64,000 nt of DNA, from positions 10,354,001 through 10,418,000 of the forward strand of contig NW_027142006.1 of NCBI RefSeq assembly GCF_036365525.1, read 5' to 3'. Source of the stretch: Heterodontus francisci. Taxonomy: Eukaryota. The notes below the pieces were generated by a model. That model was not told where the DNA came from. It did no database searches and was given only the letters and a program-made list of their open reading frames with translations. Positions 27,085 to 40,094 of this stretch are shown piece after piece (the stretch's first letter is position 1; each line of letters begins with the position of its first letter). The position numbers and the translations under genes are program-made.

Positions 27085-28310
27085 GGAGATGAGGTGGAAT
27101 GTTGCAGGGAGGAAGATGGAAAAGAGCGTTGGTGCGATGACACAGCCTTGCTTGAGCCCAGTTTGCATTGGGATTAGGTCAGTGGTAGGTCCGTTGCCAA
27201 TGATTACATGTCATGCAGTCGGCAGACGATGGTGCCGAATTTCTCCGGGCAGCCAAATTTGAAGAAGATGTTCCATAATCCCTCCCAGTTTGGAGAGTTG
27301 AAGGCCTTTGTCAGGTCAGAGAAGGCCATGTAGAAAGGTTGCTGCTGCTCCCTACATTTTTCTTGGGAATGTCTTGCTGTGAAGATTACGTTCACTGTGC
27401 CTCTTCATTGACAGAATCCGCATTGTGATTCCAGTAGGAGCTCTTCAGCCATGGGGAGGAGGCGGTTGAGAAGGACTCTTGTGATGACCTTCCCTGTGAC
27501 GGACAGCAGGGCTGCCCCTCTGTAGTTACTACAGTCGGGGTTGTCACCTTTTTTGAAGATGGTCACAATTATGGCATCTCGGAAATCCCTGACATGCTCT
27601 CTTCCTTCCACATGAGAGACGTGAGACGATGTATTTGTGTCAAGAGTGCTTCTCTGCTGTATTTTCGAATTTTGGTGGGAATTCCATCTATGCCGGTGGC
27701 CTTATTTTTTTTTTAGCTGTCAATCTCTGTCAGTCTGGGATTGTGCTGACGTCATGGTGGGTAGCATGCTGTGGAATGTAGTCAAGGGCACTCACATCAA
27801 AGACGGCATCGCAATTGAGGAGATATTCAAAGTGCTCCTTCCAATGAGTGCTGACTGCCTCTCTGTCCTTGATCAGTGTCACTCCATTCTTTGCTCTCAG
27901 TGGGGTAGGTCCTTTGATACTTGGGCCGTGAATGATCTTGACAGTGCCGAAGAAGCCACATATGTCGTGGCTTTCCGCAAGTTTTTGTAGTTCCAGCGTT
28001 CTTTCAGCCCACCAGCTGTTGTGTCAGTCGATCTACTCTATAGTACGAGTTGGAAACTATTGAACTGACTTTGCCTCCTGTCCAGAAGCAAGGCCATTCC
28101 AACATCTGTCATCTAGCTGCAATACGCTGACAACGCCTGCGGGTGCGCACACCCAGTGACCAAGCTTCAAACCCTGATCGATGCATTCAGTGAGGCATAT
28201 GAAAGAATTGGCCTTAAGCTAAATGTCTGGAAGACAAAGGTCCTCTGCCAGCCTGCTCCCCGACACTGCCCCTCTATATCAAGATCCATGGCGAACCACT
28301 GGACGATGTG
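27085..28310. mobile_element. RTE-clade LINE fragments
   Basis: Minus strand NYRGAALLSVTGKVITRVLLNRL, DLTKAF, GLKQGCVIAPTLFSIF; plus-strand piece LQYADNA at ~28115. Confidence 0.7.
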
Positions 28311-28363
28311 ATCACTGCTCATCCCTAGCGAGCATTGTCTCATCAAGGGCAGCCATCGACAAT

Positions 28364-28704
28364 AGGGCAGCACAGTGGCGCAGTGGTTAGCACAGCAGCC
28401 TCACAGCTCCAGCGACCCGGGTTCAATTCTGGGTACTGCCTGTGTGGGGTTTGCAAGTTCTCCCTGTGTCTGCGTGGGTTTCCTCCAGGTGCTTCGGTTT
28501 CCTCCCACATGCCAAAGACTTGCAGGTTGATAGGTAAATTGGCCATCATAAAAATTGCCCCGAGTAGAGGTAAGTGGTAGGGAAATGTGGGGATGTGGTA
28601 GGAATGTGGAATTAGTGCAGGATTAGTATAAATGGGTGGTTGATGGTTGGCACAGACTCGGTGGGCCGAAGGGCCTGTTTTAGTGCTGTATCTCTAAACT
28701 AAAG
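28364..28704 (+). mobile_element. tRNA-derived SINE (HE1-like)
   Basis: A box TGGCGCAGTGG, B box GGTTCAATTC; tail GGGCCGAAGGGCCTGT shared with CR1. Confidence 0.85.
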
Positions 28705-28709
28705 ACTAT

Positions 28710-29355
28710 CCAACATCCCAGGAATCAGCCGAGTGAACTTTCTCTGAACTGATTCAAATGCATGTGCACCTCTCCTTAAATAAGGAGACCAAAACTGTGT
28801 GGAGTCCTTTAGTTGGGATGTCACTAATGCCCTGTACAGTTATAGCAAAACTTCCCCACTTTTATACTCCATTCCCCTTGCTAAAAATGCCAACATTCCA
28901 TTTGCCTTCCGAATTACTTGCCTTAGCTGCATGCTAACGTTTTTGTAATTCATGTACCTGGACACCCAGATCCCTCGGTACAGCAGCAATCTGCAGTCTC
29001 TCTGATGCAAGTAATATTCTGCTTTTCTATTCTTCCTGCCAAAGTAGACAATCTCACATTTTCCCGTATTATACCCCATCTGCCAAATTTTTGCCCACTG
29101 ACTTAACCCATCTATATCTCTTTGCAGACACTTTGTGGCCTCCTCACAACTTGCTTTCCTACCTATCTTTGTACCGTCCATAAATTTGGCAACAAAACAC
29201 TCAGTGCCTTCATGCAATTATTAATATAGGCCATAAATAGTTGAGGCACAAGCACTGATCCCTGTGACACTCCATTAGTTACAGTTTGCCAATCTGAAAA
29301 TGCCCCATTTATCCCCACTCTCTGTTTCCTGTGAGTTAGCCAATTCTATATCCAT
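28710..29355 (-). mobile_element. CR1 RT fragment
   Basis: AKFMDGTKIGRK..W AKIWQM..KCE. Confidence 0.75.
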
Positions 29356-29500
29356 GTGTGTGTAGTTTTCAGATTGTGTCTGTCAGTGTCTGGTACTCTG
29401 AGTTTTGGACTCTTTCACAATCTCTCAGTGCTACTATTTGTGTGTTAGGTTCCTTTAGATGACACAGGCTGAGATACTGTGAGTATAGTAATCAACCTAT

Positions 29501-29842
29501 ACAGTGGCGCAGTGGTTAGCACCGCAGCCTCACAGCTCCAGGAACCCGGGTTCGATTCCGGGTACTTCCTGTGTGGAGTTTGCAAGTTCTCCCTGTGTCT
29601 GCGTGGGTTTTTTCCGGGTGCTCTGGTTTCCTGCCAAAAGACTTGCAGGTTGGTAGGTAAATTGGCCGTTATAAATTGTCACTAGTATAGGTAGGTGGTA
29701 GGGAAATATAGGGAAAGGTGGGGATGTTTGGTAGGAATATGTGATTAGTGTAGGATTAGTATAAATGGGTGGTTGATGTTCGGCACAGACTCGGTGGGCC
29801 GAAGGGCCTGTTTCAGTGCTGTATCTCTAATCTAAAAAAAAA
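29501..29842 (+). mobile_element. tRNA-derived SINE (HE1-like)
   Basis: A box, B box GGTTCGATTCC, CR1-like tail. Confidence 0.85.
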
Positions 29843-29872
29843 ACCTTTCAGCATCTGGCACTTCGCATGTGT

Positions 29873-32529
29873 TTCAGACGATAGAGGTCGAGGTCAAGGA
29901 GGACCTCCATGAGGTGAAGAGTCAGGAGGCCTCACTCTTTGCCACAGAGGCCTCCAAAATCATCTTCCGGTCCAGAGTCCACTCCATCGAACAGGATGAG
30001 ATGTGTTTGCACTACCTCTTCCAAAAGCTTCCACAGCTTCATCAGAAGCCTGAAGGAAGAGGATGGCTCGGTAACGTCTTCGCAGTCCGACATACTAAGA
30101 ATTAGCAAATCATTTTATGCCGGGCTGTCTGACGCGAAGCGCACAGACAGCAGAGCTTCCTGTGATCTATCACAGCTGTCTTAGATGATAGCATGAGGGA
30201 GAGACTGGACATGCCGCTAACTCTGGACAAGCTGACAAAGGCCGTCAAGTCCTTTGAGACGAGTAAAACTCCCGGAAGCGATGCCTTACTGGTTGAGTTG
30301 TATTCGGCCCTGTGGGACTGGATCGGCCCAGACCTGCTGGAAGGATACGAGAGTATGCTCCTGGCCGGCAGAATGTCAGAATCCATGAGGAAAGGCATCA
30401 TCACCCTCATCTCCAAGCGGAAGGGGGAGAGGGCAGGAATCAGAAATTGGCAGCCCATCTCACTACTTAATTTTGACTACAAGATGCTGTCCAAAGTCAT
30501 AGCCAGTCGAGTCAAGTCTGCTCTGGAGTTGGTGATTCACCCTGATCAGACCTGTACTGTACCCGGCAGGAAAATCTCTGATAGTCTCGCGTAACTCAGG
30601 GATACGATCGCCTATGTACGGGACAGGAGGGTGTACACCTGCCTCATCAGCCTGGACCAGGAGAAGGCTTGTGACAGGATATCGCACACCTTCATGATGG
30701 ATGTGCTTTCCAAAATGGGGTTTGAGGAGGGAATCTGCAATTGGATCAAACTGCACTTCACAAATATCAGTAGCGCTGTCTCAATCAATGGGTGGGAATC
30801 AGAAAGTTTTCCGATCCAATCTGGAGTCAGACAGGGCTGTCCTCTCTCCCCGGTCTTGTTTGTTTGCTGTTTGAACCCTTTGCTGAGTATATTAGGAAGG
30901 ATGTGAACATAAGAGGGGTGACAATCCCAGGCAGCAGAGCCACTCAGGTTAAAACCTCCCTGTACATGGATGACGTCGTCGTCTTCCGCTTGGACCCGCT
31001 GTCTGTGTGCATCTGCAACCAGTTCGAACTGGCCTCAGGGGCCAGAGTTAACCAGGGCAAGAGCGAGGCCATGTTCTTTGGTAACTGGGCTGACCAATTC
31101 TTTGTCCCCTTCACCATTAGGTCACAGTACCTGAAGATGCTGGGGATATGGTTCGGAAGGGCCGGGGCGTGCACCAAAACCTGGGAGGAGTGAGTAGCCA
31201 GGGTACAACATAAGCTGAGCATGTGGGAGCAGCGATCTCTCTCCAATATGGGTAAGAACCTGGTCATCAGATGCGAGGTGCTCACGTTGTTGCTGTATGT
31301 GGCGCAGGTCTAGCCCATACCCCACTCCTGCGCTCTGGTGGTCACCCAAGTCATTTTCCACTTCATCTGGGGATGCAAAATGGACCGGGTCCGGAGGGAC
31401 ACGATGTTCAAACCTCTGGATAAGGGCGGGAAAAATGTACCCAACATTGCCCTCATCCTGATGACTACCATCGTGTGCGGCGGCATCGAGCTGTGTGTAG
31501 ATCTCCAGTACGCAAACACCAAGTGTCACTATGTGCTGAGGTTCTATCTGTACCCGATGTTGAGAAGGATGGACTTCGTCACATTGCCGCGGAATGCTCC
31601 ATCCAGTTGGGCCGTGCCGTACCACCTATCCTTCGTGGGAAAATTTCTGCAGAAAAACACCTTTGACCACCAACCCATCAGGCAGTGGTCTGCATGGAAT
31701 GTCCACAAGGCCCTACGGGAAAAGGAGATGGTGGATCCTGTTGGATGGTTCCCCAAGCAGACTGCCAAAGTCATTAGACAGAATGCCTCATCACCAGAAT
31801 TTTCAAACAAGCACCAAGGTGTAGCTTGGCTGGTGGTGAGAAGAGCCCTCCCCGTCAGATCCTTCCTGCACGCCCGAAGTCTCACACCCTTCGCACAATG
31901 CCCTTGAGGTGGCTGCGGTGGGGAAGAGACGGTTGCCCACCTCCTTCTGGAATGTGTCTTTGCAAAGCAGGTGTGAAAAGAGATGCAGTGGTTTTTGTCG
32001 AGGTTCATCCCAAGCAGCTCTGTAACACAGGAGTCTGTGCTGTATTGGCTGTTCCCAGGGACATACACAGAGATAAACATCAACTGCTGCTGGAGGGCTA
32101 TCAATTTGGTCTGCCCCACGAAACTTGCTGGTCTTCCAGCACAAAGAGTTGTCCACGACCGAATGTTGCAGACTGGCACATTCCAAGGTCCAAGACTACG
32201 TGCTGAGGGACGTACTAAAGCTTGGGGCAGCCGCAGCAAATGTTCAATGGGGAAACACCACTGTGTAAGGTCCCTCCACCAAGCTGAACTGCGGGGCTGG
32301 ATCCATAGAAAACCCCTCGAACTTTATCGGGAAAATATTTGTTTGCTGTAAAATGTACATGGTACGTAAAATGAAATGGAAGGGTTGTGAGGCAATTCAC
32401 TCCTGTATTGAAGGAAACTGATCTCCTTTGCACTCTTTGTATTGTCTGACTCGATGATGTTTGGAACTGTTCTGTATTGTTTTTTCTTACAGATTTTTAT
32501 GAATAAAGTATATTTTGGAAATAAAAAAA
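29873..32529 (+). mobile_element. Tx1 5'-truncated copy (RT + C-terminus) inserted at an H2A start codon
   Basis: KTPGSD, NWQPISLLNFDYK, SLDQEKA, GVRQGCPLSP, SLYMDDV; tail ...GGAAATAAAAAAA joined to GTCAGGAAGAGGAAAGACC. Confidence 0.92.
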
Positions 32530-32900
<371 letters not shown>

Positions 32901-33110
32901 ATGGCCAAAATGTCATCTAATAAGCCAAAGGCTCTTTTCTGAGCCACCCACAGTCTCTGTGAAAGGGCTGATTACCGTCTAATTCCAAAACATTTGTAAC
33001 AGGAATGGCAACTATTTAAAATGTTTAAGCAACTATTTCAGTGACTTCTCACTGTCTCCCTGAAGCCTGTGTGAAGGGGAATTACTAATTGTCCATAATT
33101 TATTACTTCC

Positions 33111-33632
33111 AAAGGATGTAGGTGCTTTGGAGAGGGTGCAGAGGAGGTTCACCAGGATGTTGCCTGGTATGGAGGGCGCTAGCTATGAAGAGAGGTTGAG
33201 TAGATTAGGATTATTTTCATTCGAAAGACGGAGGTTGAGGGGGGACCTGATTGAGGTGTACAAAATCGTGACAGGTATAGACAGGGTGGATAGCAAGAAG
33301 CTTTTTCCCAGAGTGGGGGATTCAATTACTCGGGGTCACGAGTTCAAAGTGAGAGGGGAAAGGTTTAGGGGGGATATGCGTGGAAAGTGCTTTACGCAGA
33401 GGGTGGTGGGTGCCTGGAACGCGTTGCCAGCGGAGGTGGTAGACGCGGGCACGATAGCGTCTTTTAAGATGTATCTCGACAGATACATGAATGGGCAGGA
33501 AGCAAAGAGATACAGACCCTTCGAAAATAGGCGACATGTTAAGAAAGAGGATCTGGATCGGCGCAGGCTTGGAGGGCCGAAGGGCCTGTTCCTGTTCTGT
33601 AATTTTCTTTGTTCTTCGTTCTTTGTTCTTTG
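33111..33632 (+). mobile_element. CR1 3' fragment
   Basis: ERVQRRFTRMLPGMEG...; (TTTGTTC)n tail; same family as 49862-53872; empty site at ~24710. Confidence 0.9.
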
Positions 33633-34070
33633 TTCCACACGGAGTTTGAGTTACTTGTCCCATTATAGATTGCTGAACAGAGTTGTTTACCGCCAGTTCG
33701 AACAGTTGACAACAATTGACAAATTAAATCTGCTTGTGAAATAGCGCCCGGAATTTGTGACAGTAAAAGTGGAATATGGAAACAGGTTTTTAACTTGTTA
33801 CTGGACTTTTTTTTATTACTTCCAAAATATGCATTATTCATAAAAATCTGTAAAAAGTACATGACTAAACAGTTCTAAACAGCACCAAGTCGAAAATTAC
33901 AAACAGTGCAAAGGAGGTCAGTTTCCTTCATTGCAGGAGTGAGCTGCCTCACAACCCTTCCATTTCATTTTCCATGCCATATACATTTTACAGCAAACGA
34001 AAATTTTCCTGATACATTTCGAGGGGTTTTCCATCGACCCAGCCCATCCGTTCAACTTGGTGGGGGGACC

Positions 34071-37000
34071 TTACACAGTGGTCTTTTCCCATTGAACATT
34101 TGCTGCGGCTGCCCCAAGCTTTAGTGCGTCCCTCAGCACATAGTCCTGGACCTTGGAATGTGCCAGTCTGCAACATTCGGTCGTGGACAACTCTTTGTGC
34201 TGGAAGACCAGCAAGTTTCGGGCAGAACAAAGGGTGTCTTTCACCGAATTGATAGTCCTCCAACAGCAGTTGATGTTTATCTCAGTGTGCGTCCCTGGGA
34301 ACAGCCCGTAGAGCACAGACTCCTGTGTTACAGAGCTGCTTGAGATGAAGTTCGACAAAAACCACTGCATCTCTTTCCACACCTGCTTTGCAAAGACAAA
34401 TTCCAGAAGGAGGTGGGCAACCATCTCTTCCCCACCACAGTCACCTCGAGGGTGTTGTGCAGAGGGGGTGAGACTTCGGGTGTGCAGGAAGGATCTGACT
34501 GGGAGGGCTCTTCTCACCACCAGCCAAGCTTCATCTTGGTGCTTGTTTGAAGGTTCTGGTGATGAGGCATTCCGCCAAATGACTTCGGTGGTCTGCTTGG
34601 GGAAGAGGATCCGCCATCTCCTTTTCCTGTTGGGCCTTGAGGACATTCTGTGCAGACCATTGGCTGATGGACCGGTGGTCAAAGGTGTTTTTCCGCAGAA
34701 ACCGCTCGACGAAGGATAGGTGGAACGACACAGTCCAACTGGATGGAGCATTCCGCGGCAATGTGACAAGGCTTCGCAACACCGGGGACAGATAGAACCT
34801 CAGCACGTGGTGACACTTGGAGTTTGCGTCTACACACAGCTTGATGCAGCCACACACGAAGGTAGTCATCAGGATGAGGGTGATGTTGGGTACATTTTTC
34901 CCACCCTTATCCAGAGGTTTGAGCATCGTGTCCCTCCGGACCCGGTCCATTTTGGATCCCCAGATGAAGCGGAAAATGGCTCGGGTGACCGCCACAGCGC
35001 CGGAGTGGGGTATGGGCCAGACCTGCGCCATGAACAGCAACAACGTGAGCGCCTTGCACCTGATGACCAGGTTCTTACCCACATTGGAGAGAGATCGCTT
35101 CTCCCACATGCTCAGCTTGTGTTGTACCTTGGCTGCTCGCTCTTCCCAGATTTTGGTGCACACCCCGGCCCTTCTGAACCATATTCCCAGCACCTTCAGG
35201 TAGTCTGAGCTGACGGTGAAGGGGACAAAGGATCGGTAAGCCCTGTTCCCAAAGAACATGGCCTCTCTCTTGCCGTGGTTAACTTTGGCTCCCGAGGTCA
35301 GTTTCAACTGGTCGCAGATGCTCATCAGTCTGCACACAGACATCGGGTCCGAGCAGAAGACCGCGACGTCATCCATGTAGAGGGAGGTTTTAACCTGAGT
35401 GCCTCCTCTGCCTGGAATTGTCACCCCTCTTCTGCTCACATTCTTCCTAATAGACTCAGCAAATGGTTCAATACAGCAAACAAACAAGACAGGGGAGAGA
35501 GGATAGCCCTGTCTGACTCCAGATTGGATCGGGAAACTTTCCGATTCCCACCCATTGATTGAGACTGCGCCACTGATGTTTGTGTAGGGCAGTTTGATCC
35601 AATTGCAGATTCCCACGTCCATCATGTATGTGTGTGATATTCTGTCAAAAACCTTCTCCTGGTCCAGGCTGATGAGGCAGGTGTCCACCCTCCTGTCCCG
35701 TACATAGGCGATTGTATCCCTGAGTAGTGCGAGACTATCGGAGATCTTCCTGCCAGGTGCAGTACAGGTCTGATCAGGGTGGATCACCAACTCCAGAGCA
35801 GACTTGACTCGACTGGCTATGACATTGGACAGAATCTTGTCGTCAACATTAAGCAGTGAGATGGGCTGCCAATTTCCAATTTCTGCCCTCTCCCCGTTCC
35901 GCTTGTCAATGAGGGTGATGATGCCTTTCCTCATGGATTCTGATATGCTGCCGGCCAGGAGCATACTCTCGTATACTTCCAGCTGGTCCAGGCAAACCCA
36001 GTCCCACAGGACACAATACAGCTCAACCGGTAAGCCATCGCTTCCGGGAGTTTTATTCGTCTCGAAGGACTTGACGGCCTTTGTTAGCTCATCCCGAGTT
36101 AGCGGCTTGTACAGTCTCTCCCTCCTGCTGTCATCTAAGACCTCTGTGATAGATGACAGGAAGGACTGGGAGGCTCTTCTGTCTGTGGGCTTCGCGTCAT
36201 ACAGCCCAGCATAAAAGGATTTGCTGATCCTTAGTATGTCGGACTGCGAAGATGTTACCGAGCCATCTTCTTCCTTCTGGCTGCTGATAACAGAGCTCTC
36301 TCTGTGTACCTTTTGGAAGAAGTAATGCAGGCACATCTCATCCTGCTCAATGGGGTGGACTCTGGACGGAAGATTATATTGGAGGTCTCCGTGGCAAAGA
36401 GCGAGGCCTGCTTTCTCTTCACCTCTTGGAGGTCCTCCTTGACCTCAACCCCCATCGACTGTAGCCGGAGCAGATTTTGCATACTTTTCTGGAGTCAGGA
36501 CATTTCCCTCTGTCTCTCTCTCGCCCTCTGAACACCTTTTGAGGAGAAAGAACCTCTTGATGTTCTCCTTGATCGCGTCCCACCTGGGAACTGGAGACTC
36601 AGGAGGGGTTTCACGGTTCTCCAACCTTTGTAATCCCTTTTAAGTTCCTCAACGTTCTCTGGGTTTAGCAGTGTAGCATTGAGCTTCCACGTCCCTCTGC
36701 CAACCCGCCAGTCGTCCTATAAGTGACAGTCGGCCATTACGAGGCAGTGGTTCGACAAGAACACCGGCTTGACGTCAATGGATCTGACCGTGACGGCATG
36801 GGCCACAAACAGGAAGTCAATCCTGGAATGGGCAGACCCGTCCAATCTTGACCATGTCTGTCTACGCTGCACTCCGTCTGCAGGTTTGCTGAAAACGTCG
36901 TGCAGTTTTGCATCTTTTACTGTTTCTATTAGGAATCTGGACATAGCGTCCAGTTTGCTGTCGTCTCTGCCAGATCGCCCAGCTGCATCGATGATGCAGT

Positions 37001-38428
37001 TGAAGTCACCGCCTAGGATGACTGGCCTGCACGTTGCCAGCAGCAATGGTTGATGGCAAATGTTCATCCTGGAGTTGAGTTACTAGTGGTGTACCGCAAG
37101 GTTCTGTTTTGGGGCCACTGCTGTTTGTCATTTTTATAAATGACCTGGATGAGGGTGTAGAAGGGTGGGTTAGTACATTTGCGGATGACACGAAGGTCGG
37201 TGGAGTTGTGGATAGTGTCGAAGGGTGTTGTAGGGTACAGAGGGACATAGATAGGCTGCAGAGCTGGGCTGAGAGATGGCAAATGGAGTTTAATGCGGAG
37301 AAGTGTGAGGTGATTCACTTTGGAAGAAGTAACAGCAATGCAGAGTACTGGGCTAATGGGAAGATTCTTGGTAGTGTAGATGTACAGAGAGATCTTGGTG
37401 TCCAGATACATAAATCCCTGAAGGTTGCTATCCATGTTAATAGGGCTGTTAAGAAGGCATTTGGTGTGTTCGCTTTTATTAGTAGGGGGATCGAGTTTCG
37501 GAGCCACGAGGTCATGATGCAGCTGTACAAAATTCTGGTGAGGCCGCACCTTGAGTATTGCGTGCAATTCTGGTCACCGCATTATCGGAAGGATGTGGAA
37601 GCTTTGGAAAGGGTGCAGAGGAGATTTACTAGGATGTTGCCTGGTATGGAAGGAAGGTCTTACGAGGAAAGGCTGAGGGACTTGGGGTTGTTTTCGTTAG
37701 AGAGAAGGAGGAGGAGAGGTGACTTAATAGAGACATCCAAGATAATCAGAGGGTTAGATAGGGTGGATATTGAAAGTCTTTTTCCTCGGATGATGATGGC
37801 AAACACGAGGGGACATAGCTTTAAGTTGAGGGGTGAAAGATATAGGACAGATGTCAGAGGTAGTTTCTTTACGCAGAGAGTAGAAGGGGCGTGGAACGCC
37901 CTGTCTGCAACAGTAGTAGACTCGCCAACTTTAAGGGCATTTAAGTGGTCATTGGATAGACATATGGATGAAAATGGAATAGTGTAGGTCAGATGGTCGG
38001 CGCAACATCGAGGGCCGAAGGGCCTGTACTGCGCTGTAATGTTCTAGTTCTAATTCTAATTCTAATTCTAAAGACGGTCAACCGTTCGCTGCATTGAAAC
38101 GGGGCGTACATGCTGATCAACCAGAGCGAAGCATTGTTGTACATTACATCTGCGATGAGGAGGCGACTGCCCACCACCTCCTTAACTTCGGAGATGGTGA
38201 AGTCACCTCCCCGCAGCAGAAGACCCAGGCCGGAGGAATGGCAATCATTACCCCCTGACCAGATCGATGGCCCGTGGGACCACCATTGCGACCACTGCCT
38301 GTCGGTGCTGAGATGTGGTATTCCACACTCCTGCAGAAACAGGGGGTCGGCTTTGACCTTGGCGAGGTAATCCATCGCATAGTGGATTTAATGCTACGCA
38401 CATTAATTGAAGCAATCGTTATACCCAT
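34071..38428 (-). pseudogene. Tx1 ORF2 (APE endonuclease + RT + C-terminal zinc finger), disrupted
   Basis: MGITIASINVRS, FLQEC, ILGGDFNC, SRIDF, SNHC; KTPGSDG, SLYMDDV; HLLLE; frameshifts and a nested CR1. Confidence 0.9.
37046..38070 (+). mobile_element. CR1 3' fragment nested in the Tx1 endonuclease domain
   Basis: FADDTKVGG, RPHLEYCVQFWSP; (AATTCT)n tail; same family as 8215-12781. Confidence 0.92.
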
Positions 38429-38438
38429 TTTTTTAAAG

Positions 38439-39981
38439 TTAGTTGTTGCTTCCCATACCATTTGTCCTTCCTAGTCCCAGTCCTTCAGGATGTTCCTGTA
38501 TACCCATAGTGTACGCAAGCTGTTTCACACTCGTTGGGCTCAGAAACCCCTCCTGGTTTTTCATGCAGGGTTTCTTCCACTGAGGTGACATCGGTGGGGG
38601 GGCGGGGGTCTTGTTGGCAGCAGGGATTGGGCTGTTCTCTGCTGTTCCCCTCTGTTCCTCCTCGAAAGCATCACTGCTGCCGGCTTTCCAGAGCTGAAGT
38701 GCGCCAGATGTGTCTTTGCTCTCAGTGTCCCAGAGCTGGGATGTGTTGGCCATGTCGCTAGGTGTGGCGCTTTGGGTTTGGGGCTTGACAGGCCCATCAC
38801 AGCTTCCAGTGCCCGGGGGCTGGGGGGCTTTATCTTCCAGCTCCTTTTGAGTTCTGCCGCTTCTTTTGAAGGTGCTGTCGCTCCGGCACTTCCTCATTCA
38901 GTGAAGAGGAGCTGCTGTAGTCTGTCTCAGACGGTAGCCTCCTCTTGCCACTGGTTTGGGTGGTGGCCTGTTCCGCTTTTGGAGGTCTTTTCTTTGTGGT
39001 TTTCCTTTGGACAAACTGCCACTGACCTGTTTGTCCATCTGCTGCCTCCTCCTCCATTGATTCTGTCTGTGGAGGAGGGGTTTCCGGGTGCAGGGTAGGT
39101 GCCGGGTTGCTGGTTTCAGTTGCCTTCCCTTTCTTCTCCTTCTCAGGTAGAAGTTCCTCACTGCAGAGAAGGTTGCTTGTCTCCTTTCCAACACCGGACG
39201 CCTTCGTCGAACCTTCTCCCGGCCTTTCCTTGGACCTTGCCGCCTGAGCATAACTGAGGCAGCGTTTGGGGCAGGTTTTGTAGAGATGGCCTGCCGCACC
39301 ACACAGGTTGCAACACTTACTCTGCTTACAGTCCTTGGTCTGATGGCCTTCCTTCTTGCAGTTCTTGCAGACAACCGTGCTGCAGTTAGCTGCCACGTGA
39401 CCAGATTTGCCACAGGTGCTACAAACTTTGGGCTGCCCAGCGTAGACCAAGAAGCCTCGACTTCCCCTGATAGCGAAGCTGGAGGGAGGGTGGATGATGG
39501 CTCCATTGGCATCGACCGTCAAGGTCACCTTGACTTGCCGCTTATTGGTCCAAATCCCAAAGGGGTCTTTGACATCAGTGCTGGCCACCTCGACGTACCT
39601 GGCGAGAAAGGTGAGTACATCCACCACAGGAACATGGGGGTTGGAGAGGTGAATTGTCACCACCCGGTCATGTTGTGACGGAAGCGTGAAGAGCGGCTCC
39701 ACTGGGAGGATCGACAGCGGCGCCCGGTCCCCTTTCTCCTTGAACGCCTTCAGGAACTTGATGCACCCCGCCACATTCTTGAATGTCATGTCGATATACC
39801 CACTGCTGGGGAAATCCTGCAGGCAGAAGATGTGCCTAGCTTGAAATCCACAGCAATCGATGAGGATTTTCTTGATGAAGAAGGTGCGATCGACCAGTGC
39901 ATCTCCTTCCTTGTCCTTCACCACCACCCGAATGGTGTTCCGCACTCCCTGGCCTGAAGCTCAAAGATTAGTTATAGCCAT
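38439..39981 (-). pseudogene. Tx1 ORF1 (gag-like, three CCHC zinc knuckles, ZCCHC3-like)
   Basis: ATG at 39981 with a TGA at codon 7; CSTCGKSGHVAANC, CKNCKKEGHQTKDC, CNLCGAAGHLYKTC; frameshift near 38850. Confidence 0.85.
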
Positions 39982-40014
39982 TTTACTCAAAGCCTACCCA
40001 GGATCAAAAGCCAC

Positions 40015-40045
40015 TGATCATGGTTTCTCCTCTGCCAAGTAAGTA
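40015..40045 (-). ncRNA. RNU1: U1 snRNA 5' fragment (nt ~2-32) within the Tx1 5' UTR; not a complete gene
   Basis: TACTTACtTGGCAGaGGAGAaACCATGATCA vs U1 TACTTACCTGGCAGGGGAGATACCATGATCA: 28/31. Confidence 0.85.
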
Positions 40046-40094
40046 CTGATAAGAACAGATACTACACTTGATCTTAGCCAAAAGGCTGAGAAGC
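40045..40094 (-). ncRNA. RNU2: U2 snRNA 5' fragment (nt ~4-53) within the Tx1 5' UTR; not a complete gene
   Basis: GCTTCTCaGCCTTTTGGCTAAGATCAAGTGTAGTATCTGTTCTTATCAGT: 49/50 to vertebrate U2 as recalled. Confidence 0.92.

Noticed and set aside
28364-28435. tRNA genes (also ~29501 and ~63644)
   Set aside because: A/B boxes continue into a shared SINE body and CR1-like tail.
38830-39945. Host gene ZCCHC3
   Set aside because: It is ORF1 of a TSD-bounded retrotransposon, followed directly by APE-RT.
40015-40094. Functional U2 or U1 snRNA genes
   Set aside because: Only 5' fragments are present, with no Sm sites or 3' box, and they lie inside the Tx1 TSD.
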